Origin: Candidatus Eiseniibacteriota bacterium
GTDB taxonomy: Bacteria; Arandabacterota; Arandabacteria; Arandabacterales; Arandabacteraceae
Direction: 5' to 3'
DNA: 64,000 nt
NCBI GenBank assembly: GCA_043808325.1
Contig: JAZDEY010000031.1
Location: forward strand, 10,997-74,996
The translations under genes were made by a program, and so were the position numbers. The stretch's first letter is position 1. Every line of letters begins with the position of its first letter. Of the stretch, positions 55,603 through 64,000 are shown piece by piece. The notes beneath the pieces were generated by a model. The model saw only the letters and a program-made list of their open reading frames with translations, was not told the DNA's origin and ran no database searches.

Positions 55603-57904
55603 GATAGAGGATCGACTCAAGAGCGCCGGTGTGCACCTGTCTGCCGAGGAGGCACACCGCATAAAGAGCCTGGTGGGTCGTGATCCATCCCTGGCGGAGC
55701 TCTTCATCTTCGACATAATGTGGAGCGAACACTGCTCCTATAAGAGCAGCAGGCATGTCCTCAAGCAGTACCTTCCCACCGAAGGCAGCCGCGTCGTCAT
55801 AGGGCCGGGCGAGGATGCAGGCGTGGTGAGACTCGCCCGGGTGGACGGCGTCTCGTATGTCCTGGTGGTTGCCCATGAGAGCCACAACCATCCGTCGCAG
55901 ATACTCCCGGTTGAAGGGGCGGCGACCGGCATCGGCGGCATCGTCAGAGACGTCTACTGCATGGGTGCCGATGTGGTGGGAGTGATGAACGCGCTCCGTT
56001 TCGGAGATCCGTCGGGACCGAAAGCCGAGACTGTAAAAGAAATATGTGCAGGCGTGGTCCGGGGCATATGGGAATACGGCAACGCGCTCGGGGTGCCTAA
56101 TGTCGGGGGCGATGTCTTCTTTGACAAAGGGTATGACGATAACTGTCTTGTCAACGTGATTGCCATCGGTGTGGCCCGAGAGGACGAGATAATCAGGAGC
56201 CGTGTGCCCGGCGTGGCGGCAACCGAGCCCTATGATATCATCATTGTCGGCAAGCCGACCGACATGAGCGGATTGGGGGGCGCCACCCTTGCGTCGAGGA
56301 TTCTTGATGTCGGAGGGGACTCCAAGCTGAGTGAGGTGCAGCTGCCTGATCCATTTCTCAAGCGAGTCTTGACCGAGGCCACCAAGGCGGTGCTCGCGTT
56401 TCTGCGGGAAGCAGGAGTGGAGTTGGGATATAAAGACCTGGGCGCGGGCGGGATCGCGTGTGCGGTCAGTGAGGTGGTGGGCGCCGGTGGGTTCGGTGCG
56501 GACATCGACCTGGGGAGCGTCCACACTGCTTCGGACTCGATGGAGGCCTACGGGATTGCGTGCTCTGAGACTCAGGAGAGATACTGCCTGGCCGTGCCGT
56601 CGCGCCTGAGCGGGGAGGTGCTCACGATCTACAACGAGGATTACGAGCTGCCCCATATCTACCGGGGTGCAAGAGCGTCGGTCGTGGGCAAGGTTACCCG
56701 CGCCACCGATCTTGTGATGCGCCATCGCGGCCAGGTGGTCGTGAACCTTCCCGTGGAGATCGTGAACCGCGGGATCTCCTACGAGCGTGAGATGAGGCGG
56801 CGACCGGCGGTGACCCCGGCGGCGGAAGAGCGCGACGTCACCGACATCAAGGCGGCTGCACTCGGTGTGCTGGGGCTTCTCTCCAACTGCTCCAAACAGT
56901 ACGTCTACAGACATTACGACAGCGAGGTCAAAGGGCTCTCGGTCTTGAAACCGGGGGAAGCCGACGCCTGCGTAGTATGCATAGCCGGCACCAGTGTCGG
57001 GATTGCCACCTCGGTTGATGGGAACCCCCGTTACTCAAGGGTCAATCCCTATCTGGGCGCGATCCACGCGGTATGCGAAAGCGTGCGCAACGTCGCCGCG
57101 GTCGGAGCGATTCCCGTGACCCTGACCGACTGCCTCAATTTCGGCAACCCCGAAGATGCCTATGTCTTCCAGGACTTCGTGGACACGGTCAAAGGCATCG
57201 GCGATGCGGCGAGAGGCCTGCGCTCGCACGATACAGGGGAATCGATCCCCATCACCTCGGGCAACGTAAGCTTCTATAATGAATCCAGGGGAGGAGCAGC
57301 GGTCCCGCCCTCACCCATAATCGCATGTTACGGCGTGCTCGCCGACTACTCCGTGGCGGTCGGCATTTGCCTCAAAGAGGCCGGCAGCGAGCTGGTGCTC
57401 CTTGGCGAGCGAAAGCCGGGACTTGCCGGCTCGGCCCTATGGGCCAGCATGGGCATCGAAACTCCCGGCATGCTACCGGAGGTGGATCTCGACGAGGAGA
57501 ATCGCGCGATACATGCAGTGACCGAGATCATCGACAGGCGTCTTGCCCTGGCAAGCCACGACATCTCCGAGGGAGGTCTCGTTACCGCCCTCGCGGAAAT
57601 GGTGATCGGTGGCTGGGGCGCGGGTACGTTGGGCGCCGATGTGAGCCTTGATTTTGCCCGAGGCCGCCGACTTGAGGATCTTCTCTTCTCCGAGAGCGGC
57701 GGGTTCGTGCTTGAGGTTCCGCCGGGCCAGGTGGGGGAGGCAATCGCGATCTGCGAGAAACTCGGCGTCAAGGCTCACAGGCTGGGCCGGACCGTTCGCG
57801 AGCATCGCTTGGCGGTAACGAGCGCGGGCCGCACCGTGCTCTGCCTCGACGGCAGTGAGATGCGCCAGGCGTTCTTTGAAACCTACGAGAAGTCGACAAG
57901 GTGA
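55571..57904 (+). CDS. purL: Phosphoribosylformylglycinamidine synthase subunit PurL (FGAM synthase II)
   Basis: 'LFIFDIMWSEHCSYKSS', AIRS/AIRS_C repeats. Start ambiguous: TTG 55571 (overlapping purB by 32 nt) or GTG 55631. Confidence 0.85.
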   Translation: MIVRIEGSESEIEDRLKSAGVHLSAEEAHRIKSLVGRDPSLAELFIFDIMWSEHCSYKSSRHVLKQYLPTEGSRVVIGPGEDAGVVRLARVDGVSYVLVVAHESHNHPSQILPVEGAATGIGGIVRDVYCMGADVVGVMNALRFGDPSGPKAETVKEICAGVVRGIWEYGNALGVPNVGGDVFFDKGYDDNCLVNVIAIGVAREDEIIRSRVPGVAATEPYDIIIVGKPTDMSGLGGATLASRILDVGGDSKLSEVQLPDPFLKRVLTEATKAVLAFLREAGVELGYKDLGAGGIACAVSEVVGAGGFGADIDLGSVHTASDSMEAYGIACSETQERYCLAVPSRLSGEVLTIYNEDYELPHIYRGARASVVGKVTRATDLVMRHRGQVVVNLPVEIVNRGISYEREMRRRPAVTPAAEERDVTDIKAAALGVLGLLSNCSKQYVYRHYDSEVKGLSVLKPGEADACVVCIAGTSVGIATSVDGNPRYSRVNPYLGAIHAVCESVRNVAAVGAIPVTLTDCLNFGNPEDAYVFQDFVDTVKGIGDAARGLRSHDTGESIPITSGNVSFYNESRGGAAVPPSPIIACYGVLADYSVAVGICLKEAGSELVLLGERKPGLAGSALWASMGIETPGMLPEVDLDEENRAIHAVTEIIDRRLALASHDISEGGLVTALAEMVIGGWGAGTLGADVSLDFARGRRLEDLLFSESGGFVLEVPPGQVGEAIAICEKLGVKAHRLGRTVREHRLAVTSAGRTVLCLDGSEMRQAFFETYEKSTR

Positions 57905-57912
57905 GACAGTGA

Positions 57913-58740
57913 ATGAAGCCTAAGATGGCCATAATCCAGTTCCCCGGCGTCAACTGCGAGTATGAAACCGCCCTTGCGCTCGGGAAGGCCGGCATGGATG
58001 CGGCGATCGTGCGCTGGAACCAGCCGGTCCGTGAACTCGCACGGTACGATGGTTTTGTCTTGCCGGGAGGGTTCTCCTATGAAGATCGGGTGCGTGCCGG
58101 CGCGATAGCTGCTGCCGACGATGTGGTGGCAGCTATAGTGGACGAGGCCGATCGCGGCAAGCCGGTGGTCGGCATCTGTAACGGTGCCCAGGTGTTGGTC
58201 GAGGCGGGCTTGGTGCCCGGTCTCAAGCGCGGGTCGATAGATCTTGCGCTCGCGCCCAACCAAGGTATGGGCCGGGATGGCTATTATGCCAACTGGGTCT
58301 TTGTCCGGGTCTCCTCTAGCCCGCGGCGAAACCTCCTCACCTATGGTCTCGAGCCCGGTGAGGTGGTCCCGATTCCGGTCGCCCACTCTCAGGGGCGATT
58401 CACGTCATCCGATAGCGGCATTTTCGACCGGCTGGACCAAAGTGGACAGATCGTACTCAAGTACTGTACGAGCGACGGCCGGGTGCCTGACGGCTTTCCT
58501 GATGATCCAAACGGATCGGCGAGGTGCGCTGCCGCAATCTCGAATCCCCGTGGAAACGTGGTGGCGATCATGCCCCATCCCGAGCGCGCGACTTGGCTCA
58601 GGCAGGTCCCGGACCAGCTGAATTCTCCCTGGTCGCGACGGCGGCTCGAGGGCCGGGCCTCGTGGTCGGCACTGGAAGAGGATGGCCCCTGCGCACGAAT
58701 GTTTCAGTCAGTCAGAGCGTACATAGAGGAGCATCCATGA
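57913..58740 (+). CDS. purQ: Phosphoribosylformylglycinamidine synthase subunit PurQ (glutaminase)
   Basis: 'KMAIIQFPGVNCEYETALALGKAG', nucleophile context 'GICNGAQVLVEAGL', C-terminal 'MPHPER'. Confidence 0.9.
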   Translation: MKPKMAIIQFPGVNCEYETALALGKAGMDAAIVRWNQPVRELARYDGFVLPGGFSYEDRVRAGAIAAADDVVAAIVDEADRGKPVVGICNGAQVLVEAGLVPGLKRGSIDLALAPNQGMGRDGYYANWVFVRVSSSPRRNLLTYGLEPGEVVPIPVAHSQGRFTSSDSGIFDRLDQSGQIVLKYCTSDGRVPDGFPDDPNGSARCAAAISNPRGNVVAIMPHPERATWLRQVPDQLNSPWSRRRLEGRASWSALEEDGPCARMFQSVRAYIEEHP

Positions 58741-59312
58741 CGGCGGTCGAGGTCCTGGTGCGACTTACGGGAACGGATCCTTGGAGTTTCACGGTGTTCG
58801 ATACCCTCAAGCGCAAGTTCTCGCTCGGTGAGTTGGTCGGGGTCACACGGATGAAATCCTGGCAGCTCAGCTTCGGCCTGGAGAACGCGGAAGATGCGCT
58901 GGACGTGGTGGCGCTCCTGCTCAGAGACACTGCATTGCTGGCAAATCCCAACAAGGAGGTCTGGTCGATCCGCGGCGCGCGGCAGGATAGCGCAGGCCGG
59001 AACTTCTGGAGGAAATCCCCGGGTTCGGCCGATGCCTTTGTCGTCAAGGTGACCGACATCGATGACATAATCGGGAAGTCGCTGCTTAAGGTCCTGCGAG
59101 GCAGGCTCGGCATCCGGGAGATCGCCGATGCTCGTTTTTCCTCGGTTTGGGTGCTGGAGCTATCCGAATGTGGCCCGCGGTCCAGGGCGGTCGCCGGGGA
59201 TGTCGCGGTGTCACGCTCCTGGAGGCGCGGGCTGCTTTCCAATCCCCATTTTCAAAGTGCGGAGATCTTCAAGGCGGAGGAGTATCTGCCGCCGAGTGAG
59301 GACATGGTCTAA
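58737..59312 (+). CDS. purS: PurS-like protein, apparent tandem duplication (two PurS-like halves in one 191-aa polypeptide)
   Basis: 'MTAVEVLVRLTGTDPWSFTVFDTLKR...GVTRMKSWQLSF' (PurS-like) and a second similar half 'FVVKVTDIDDIIGKSLLKVLRGRLGI...FSSVWVLELS'. ATGA overlap with the purQ stop. Confidence 0.55.
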   Translation: MTAVEVLVRLTGTDPWSFTVFDTLKRKFSLGELVGVTRMKSWQLSFGLENAEDALDVVALLLRDTALLANPNKEVWSIRGARQDSAGRNFWRKSPGSADAFVVKVTDIDDIIGKSLLKVLRGRLGIREIADARFSSVWVLELSECGPRSRAVAGDVAVSRSWRRGLLSNPHFQSAEIFKAEEYLPPSEDMV

Positions 59313-59314
59313 TC

Positions 59315-60733
59315 ATGAATGTAGGACATAATTGCGGACTCTTTGGCGTGTGCGGCTCGCCAAGTGCCTCAAGACCTGTCTATATGGGGCTCTACGCGCT
59401 TCAGCACCGCGGCCAGGAGAGCGCCGGCATAATTACCTCCGACGGGACCTGCTTCCACGGATACAAGGCTCTCGGACTTGTGGTCGAATGCTTCGATGAA
59501 GATACCCTTGCCGATCTCACGGGGCATCTCGCCGTGGGCCACAACCGCTACTCCACCACGGGTTCCACCAGGTCATCCAACATCCAACCGCTGGTCGTGG
59601 ACATCAGGGGTGTGCCGGTTGCCATCGCCCACAACGGCAATCTCGTGAACGCTCGCGAGCTCCGGACCGGAATGGAGAAGCAGGGGTCGATCTTTCAGTC
59701 CACGATGGACAGTGAAGTGGTCCTGCACCTGATGGCGAGGGCCGGCACCGAAGACATCCCCGACATGATCGAGAAGGCCTTGCATTCGATCCGTGGGGCC
59801 TATTGCCTCCTCGTGCTTACCCCGGACTCCGTGATCGCGGTCCGCGACCCGTTCGGTTTCAGGCCTCTGTGCTATGGGCATACCGGGCGGGATCTCTTCT
59901 TCTCGTCGGAAACCTGTGGACTGGATGTGGTGGGCGCCGCCTACCAGAGGGAGATCATGCCGGGAGAGATGGTGATCGCCAAGGACGGCAAGGTCACCTC
60001 CAAGATCATAGCGCCTTCCGAGCGGCGGGCCTATTGCGTGTTTGAACTCATATACTTCTCCAGGCCCGACAGCGTGGTTTTCGGAGTGTCCGTCGATGCG
60101 GTAAGAAAAGCCCTGGGCCGCAGGCTTGCCCGGGAGTACCCGGCCTCGGCGGACCTTGTGATCTCGATTCCCGACTCCAGCAATGCGGCGGCTCTCGGCT
60201 ACTCGATGGAGTCGGGGATTCAGCTGGAGCTGGGCCTGATACGCAACCATTATGTCGGTAGGACCTTCATCTATCCCACCAAAGAGCTCAGGGATAACCG
60301 CGTAAGAATAAAGTTCAATCCCGTCAGGGAGCTGGTCCGCGGCAAGCGGGTGGTGGTGGTTGACGATTCCATCGTCAGAGGAACCACCTCCAAGAAATTG
60401 ATGCAGATGCTCCGCGGGTGCGGGGTCAAGGAGATTCACCTGAGGATCAGTTCGCCTCCGATTACCTTCCCGTGTTTCTACGGCATCGATACGCCGGACC
60501 GCGACGAGCTGATCGCCGCCAATTGCAGCGTTGAGGAGATACGGCAGTATCTCGAGGTCGACTCTCTGGGCTATCTTTCCGTCGAAGGTCTTCTGGGATC
60601 GACGGGACTTCCGCCCGAGGATTTCTGTGTGGCTTGCTTTACGGGAGACTATCCTGTAAAGTTTACTCAAGCGCCGACGAAGCTGGCGCTTGAGTCGAAG
60701 AGAAGCCGTCCCCGTGCCGGCGCGAAGCCGTGA
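59315..60733 (+). CDS. purF: Amidophosphoribosyltransferase
   Basis: Short propeptide then 'CGLFGV' (Ntn Cys). PRTase motif 'VVVVDDSIVRGTTS'. Confidence 0.9.
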   Translation: MNVGHNCGLFGVCGSPSASRPVYMGLYALQHRGQESAGIITSDGTCFHGYKALGLVVECFDEDTLADLTGHLAVGHNRYSTTGSTRSSNIQPLVVDIRGVPVAIAHNGNLVNARELRTGMEKQGSIFQSTMDSEVVLHLMARAGTEDIPDMIEKALHSIRGAYCLLVLTPDSVIAVRDPFGFRPLCYGHTGRDLFFSSETCGLDVVGAAYQREIMPGEMVIAKDGKVTSKIIAPSERRAYCVFELIYFSRPDSVVFGVSVDAVRKALGRRLAREYPASADLVISIPDSSNAAALGYSMESGIQLELGLIRNHYVGRTFIYPTKELRDNRVRIKFNPVRELVRGKRVVVVDDSIVRGTTSKKLMQMLRGCGVKEIHLRISSPPITFPCFYGIDTPDRDELIAANCSVEEIRQYLEVDSLGYLSVEGLLGSTGLPPEDFCVACFTGDYPVKFTQAPTKLALESKRSRPRAGAKP

Positions 60734-60802
60734 GAACGGGGAGCGGGTCTTAAGAAACGAGTTGCCTCCTCTGAGTGGGGTGGGGAGCTTGGGTTGGTGG
60801 GG

Positions 60803-61486
60803 GGATCACTCATGAGAATAGATCAGATGCCTCTTGAAGACAGGCCTCGAGAGAGGTTGAAAGCCCTTGGGGTCGAGGTGCTCTCAGTGAGAGAACTGGT
60901 GGCGCTAGTGATAGGAACGGGTGGACCGGCCAGGGGTACGATGGAGATCGCCGAGGATCTGATATCGGGCCTGGGCTCGGTCAGGGACCTTGCGGGCGCC
61001 AGCGTGGAGAAGCTGGCCAGGACCAACGGGATAGGTCCGGCTAAGGCCTGCCGCCTCAAAGCAGCAATCGAGCTGGGTCGTCGCGTCCTTAAGGCTTCAC
61101 GGGGTGAGGTCCGGACCATAAGGTGCCCTGAGGACGCCGCGGGCCTGGTGATCGACGATATGAAGAACCTCGATCGGGAGCACTTCGCTGTGATGTTGCT
61201 GGATTCCAAGAACGCAGTGATAAGCATTGAACGGGTCTCAGTGGGAACGGTCAATTCCTCCATCGTTCATCCAAGGGAGGTCCTGAAGCCGGCTCTCGAA
61301 AAAAGCGCGACCTCAATCATTTTGGTTCACAATCATCCCACAGGCAACGTCTCACCCAGCCGCGAGGACATAATGATAACCAGGAGATTCGAGAAGTGCG
61401 GGCGGATACTGGGGATTGAAGTGATCGACCACATAATTGTAGGAGACGGCAACTACAGGAGTATGAAAGAAAGCGGATACCTCTAG
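60803..61486 (+). CDS. radC: RadC-like JAB-domain protein (UPF0758)
   Basis: N-terminal HhH 'RPRERLKALGVEVLSVRELVALVIGTG'. JAMM motif 'SIILVHNHPTGNVSPSREDIMIT'. Confidence 0.85.
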   Translation, partial: GSLMRIDQMPLEDRPRERLKALGVEVLSVRELVALVIGTGGPARGTMEIAEDLISGLGSVRDLAGASVEKLARTNGIGPAKACRLKAAIELGRRVLKASRGEVRTIRCPEDAAGLVIDDMKNLDREHFAVMLLDSKNAVISIERVSVGTVNSSIVHPREVLKPALEKSATSIILVHNHPTGNVSPSREDIMITRRFEKCGRILGIEVIDHIIVGDGNYRSMKESGYL

Positions 61487-61495
61487 GAGGAAGCG

Positions 61496-62539
61496 ATGGG
61501 TTTCAGGCTCAACAAGATATTCACAAACGACATTGCGATAGATCTCGGCACCGCGAACACGTTGGTCTGCGTGAGGGGCAAAGGCATCGTCCTGGATGAA
61601 CCGTCGGTGGTTGCCGTGGAACGGAGCACGAACAAGGTTCTGGCGGTAGGGAGACAGGCCAAAGAGATGCTGGGTCGGACCCCCGCGGAGATTGTCGCCA
61701 TCCGCCCCATGAAGGACGGCGTGATCGCCGATTTTGAGATCAGCGAGATAATGTTGCGCGAATTCATCTGGCGCGTCATGGGGAACCGCTTCCTCTCCAA
61801 GGTTGTTCGGCCTCGCGTCATAATATCAGTTCCCTCAGGCATAACCGAAGTGGAACGCAGGGCAGTCCGCGATTCGGCCGAGCACGCGGGTGCGCGTGAG
61901 GTCTATCTTATCGCCGAGCCGATCGCCGCCGCGATCGGGGTGGGCCTGCCGATCGACAAGCCGGCAGGCAACATGATCATCGACATAGGGGGAGGAACCA
62001 CCGAGATCGCGGTGATCGCCCTGAACGGCATCGTCGACGTCACCAGCATCCGGATAGGCGGCGACGAGATGGATGAGGTCATAATGCAGCGCATCAAGCG
62101 GAATTATGGCGTCCTGATAGGTGAGCAGACCGCCGAGAGGATAAAGATCTCCATAGGTGCGGCCCAGGTGATCGGCGATGATGAGTTCGAGGTGAGGGGA
62201 AGAGACCTGGTAAAGGGCGTGCCGCGGATCGTCAAGATTTCGCAACGGGAAGTCGTGGAGGCCCTACAGGAGCCCATAGGCCAGATCATCGAGGCCCTTA
62301 AACTCTCGCTGGAAAAGACTCCGCCCGAGCTGGCCGCGGATATCGTGGACAAGGGCATCCTGATGACCGGTGGGGGTTCCCTCCTCAGAGGTTTCGATGA
62401 ACTGCTGAGACAGGAAACCAATCTTCCGATCTACGTTGTGGAGGATCCTCTCAAATCGGTGGTGCTCGGCGCCTATAAAGCCCTCGAGAACCCCGAGAAG
62501 TATGAGAAGCTCCTAATGAAGTCGAGAAGGATATGGTAG
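61496..62539 (+). CDS. mreB: Rod shape-determining protein MreB
   Basis: '[14 protein letters not shown]', '[11 protein letters not shown]', '[14 protein letters not shown]' are actin-like ATPase motifs. Confidence 0.95.
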   Translation: MGFRLNKIFTNDIAIDLGTANTLVCVRGKGIVLDEPSVVAVERSTNKVLAVGRQAKEMLGRTPAEIVAIRPMKDGVIADFEISEIMLREFIWRVMGNRFLSKVVRPRVIISVPSGITEVERRAVRDSAEHAGAREVYLIAEPIAAAIGVGLPIDKPAGNMIIDIGGGTTEIAVIALNGIVDVTSIRIGGDEMDEVIMQRIKRNYGVLIGEQTAERIKISIGAAQVIGDDEFEVRGRDLVKGVPRIVKISQREVVEALQEPIGQIIEALKLSLEKTPPELAADIVDKGILMTGGGSLLRGFDELLRQETNLPIYVVEDPLKSVVLGAYKALENPEKYEKLLMKSRRIW

Positions 62540-62542
62540 TTG

Positions 62543-63379
62543 ATGAGAGTTCCATGGAAGGCGCTGTGGCAGAAGGATTCCCCGGTCTTCATCATCCTGG
62601 TGGTGATCTCCCTCGGCATTATGGCGCTGGGTAAGGTCGCCGGCGTCAACCCCGTTTCCAACGCGCTCGGGTACGTCTTCCTTCCCTTCGAAGCCCTTTC
62701 ATACAAGATGATGAATCTTGCCTTTGTCTACCAGGAGAATCACCTGCTTCGCGGGCGACTCACGGAGGTCTCGAATGAGAACATGATGCTGCGGGAGCAG
62801 GTTCACGAAATCGACCGTCTGAGGACTCTGCTTGGTTTCCGCGATGCCTCGCCCTTGCCGCTTAAGGCTGCGAAGGTAGTTGCCGACGTGGATGAACGTC
62901 TGGGCGGAGGCATCATAATAGACAAGGGCTATGATCAGGGTCTCGCGCGAAACATGACGGTTGTGTCCCCCCAGGGTCTTGTCGGACTTGTGATCAGAGC
63001 GCAAGAGGGCGCATCGGCCGTCAAGCGGATCGTCGATCCCGGCAGCCGCGTGAGCGCCTGCCTCCAGTACGGCAGGACCTCCGGTATCCTCAGAGCGCGG
63101 ACGGACGGTCGGCTCTTCATGGAATGGGTAGCGCCTGATGCCGAGGTTGAGCCGGGAGATACGGTGATATCTTCGGGGCTCGGTTCGGTGGTCCCCAAAG
63201 GAATCCTGATCGGCAAGGTCAGAGAAATCCAAGAAGACCCGGACAAGTTCTCACTCTCCCTCGAGGTGGGCGCCTTCGTCGATTTCGACCGCCTTGAGGA
63301 AGTATTCGTGCTGATGGTAAGACCTTCGGAATCGGGCATAGTTCCCGAGGATATCGGAAGCGTGGAGGTCGGCCGCTGA
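62543..63379 (+). CDS. mreC: Rod shape-determining protein MreC
   Basis: N-terminal TM, coiled-coil 'LTEVSNENMMLREQVHEIDRLRTLL', C-terminal beta domain 'GDTVISSGLGSVVPKGILIGKV'. Confidence 0.85.
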   Translation: MRVPWKALWQKDSPVFIILVVISLGIMALGKVAGVNPVSNALGYVFLPFEALSYKMMNLAFVYQENHLLRGRLTEVSNENMMLREQVHEIDRLRTLLGFRDASPLPLKAAKVVADVDERLGGGIIIDKGYDQGLARNMTVVSPQGLVGLVIRAQEGASAVKRIVDPGSRVSACLQYGRTSGILRARTDGRLFMEWVAPDAEVEPGDTVISSGLGSVVPKGILIGKVREIQEDPDKFSLSLEVGAFVDFDRLEEVFVLMVRPSESGIVPEDIGSVEVGR

Positions 63380-63855
63380 TGCGCAGAACTTTCCTGTGGC
63401 TCTTCCTGTTCGTTGCGCTGGTCCTCGACGTGACGGTCTTGAGCAAGGCCGAGATACTTGGTGCCAGAGCCGACGCAGTGCTTATCGTCCTGGTCTACAT
63501 ATCGCTGACTTTCGGTGCGGTAGTCGGTTCGATCACGGGGTTTATGGTGGGTCTGGCCCAGTTCGCAATAATATCGACCACGGTGGCTTCACTGCCGCTT
63601 GCGGGGACCGTGGTGGGATTCCTGGTAGGGCGGTACGGCACCAAGATCATGTACGAGAGCTATCTTGTCCAGGTCCTGATCATCTTCGTCAGTGTCGTCG
63701 TCTTCGACACCATCAATCTCCTGTGGTCGGTCCCGGCGGAATTCTTAACCGACCTCTTGCGTTGGTCGCTTCCGGGGGCGCTCTATACAGCTCTTGCGGG
63801 CGTCGGGCTTGTTATTGTCTTTGAGCGGATATTCGGCCTAAGGTTGGTTCTTTAA
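63379..63855 (+). CDS. mreD: Rod shape-determining protein MreD
   Basis: Small 5-TM protein immediately after mreC (ATGA-type overlap), MreD-like. Confidence 0.75.
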   Translation: MRRTFLWLFLFVALVLDVTVLSKAEILGARADAVLIVLVYISLTFGAVVGSITGFMVGLAQFAIISTTVASLPLAGTVVGFLVGRYGTKIMYESYLVQVLIIFVSVVVFDTINLLWSVPAEFLTDLLRWSLPGALYTALAGVGLVIVFERIFGLRLVL

Positions 63856-63856
63856 T

Positions 63857-64000
63857 ATGCGCGGCCCGGGCGAGGGATTCACAGCGGCGCCGATCAAGAT
63901 GGCATCCCTGCTCACGATCGGAGTATTCATAGTCCTGGCCGGTGGACTGTTCTATCTTCAGATCATAAGAGGGGCGCACTACACCAAGCTATCCAAGCAG
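63857..64000 (+). CDS. mrdA: Penicillin-binding protein 2 (peptidoglycan D,D-transpeptidase MrdA), 5' fragment running off the window
   Basis: ATG 2 nt after the mreD stop. 'MASLLTIGVFIVLAGGLFYLQIIRGAHYTKLSKQ' is a PBP2-like N-terminal anchor. Open to the window end. Confidence 0.6.
   Translation, partial: MRGPGEGFTAAPIKMASLLTIGVFIVLAGGLFYLQIIRGAHYTKLSKQ

Noticed and set aside
1-64000. CRISPR arrays, rRNA, tRNA, intact transposase/integrase genes
   Set aside because: No regularly spaced direct repeats, no rRNA-like conserved stretches and no tRNA cloverleaf candidates were seen by eye in the intergenic regions (all short except 3370-3790 and 8322-8822). Needs tRNAscan/CRISPR-finder confirmation.

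Overview
High-GC bacterial chromosomal segment, probably from an anaerobic diderm lineage. Evidence for that: a T9SS-type C-terminal sorting domain, Lnt, TatC, MreBCD/PBP2, and Rnf, Hdr/Flx and class III RNR genes. Almost the whole window (5.5-64 kb) is a dense co-directional (+ strand) array of housekeeping and energy-metabolism genes. Main blocks: (i) a large T9SS cargo protein (5' partial); (ii) a visibly AT-richer ~5.4 kb accessory island carrying an IS21 istB remnant, a divergently transcribed single-HKD PLD-family nuclease and a 946-aa gamma-class N6-adenine methyltransferase fusion resembling single-chain Type IIG/IIL (MmeI-like) restriction-modification enzymes; (iii) a TPR/sigma54 activator, a LarA-like protein and purD-purE-tsaC-ptp-rpiB-dCMP deaminase; (iv) a long co-directional gene array (17.6-28.0 kb) nrdR-nrdD-grx-nrdG-rnfCDGEA-(lipoprotein)-rnfB preceded by tandem NrdR boxes, followed by tatC and an hdrCBA-flxDCBA (MvhD/AsrA/AsrB-like) electron-bifurcation-type cluster, menaquinone/polyprenyl genes, apbE-NusG-II-Gx transporter-rseC; (v) rsfS, a non-canonical argS, a GT-C-like membrane protein, purM, a stand-alone sigma54 AAA+ activator, apgM, lnt, asd, ecfT, truA, tal, htrA, purB-purL-purQ-purS(tandem)-purF, radC, mreBCD and the start of mrdA. 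No rRNA, tRNA or CRISPR array was recognised. The most interesting candidate is the low-GC defense-like island (PLD nuclease + MmeI-like MTase fusion next to the IS remnant). Next is the nrdD/nrdG-rnf array (nrdG stop overlaps the rnfC start) with an inserted lipoprotein gene.
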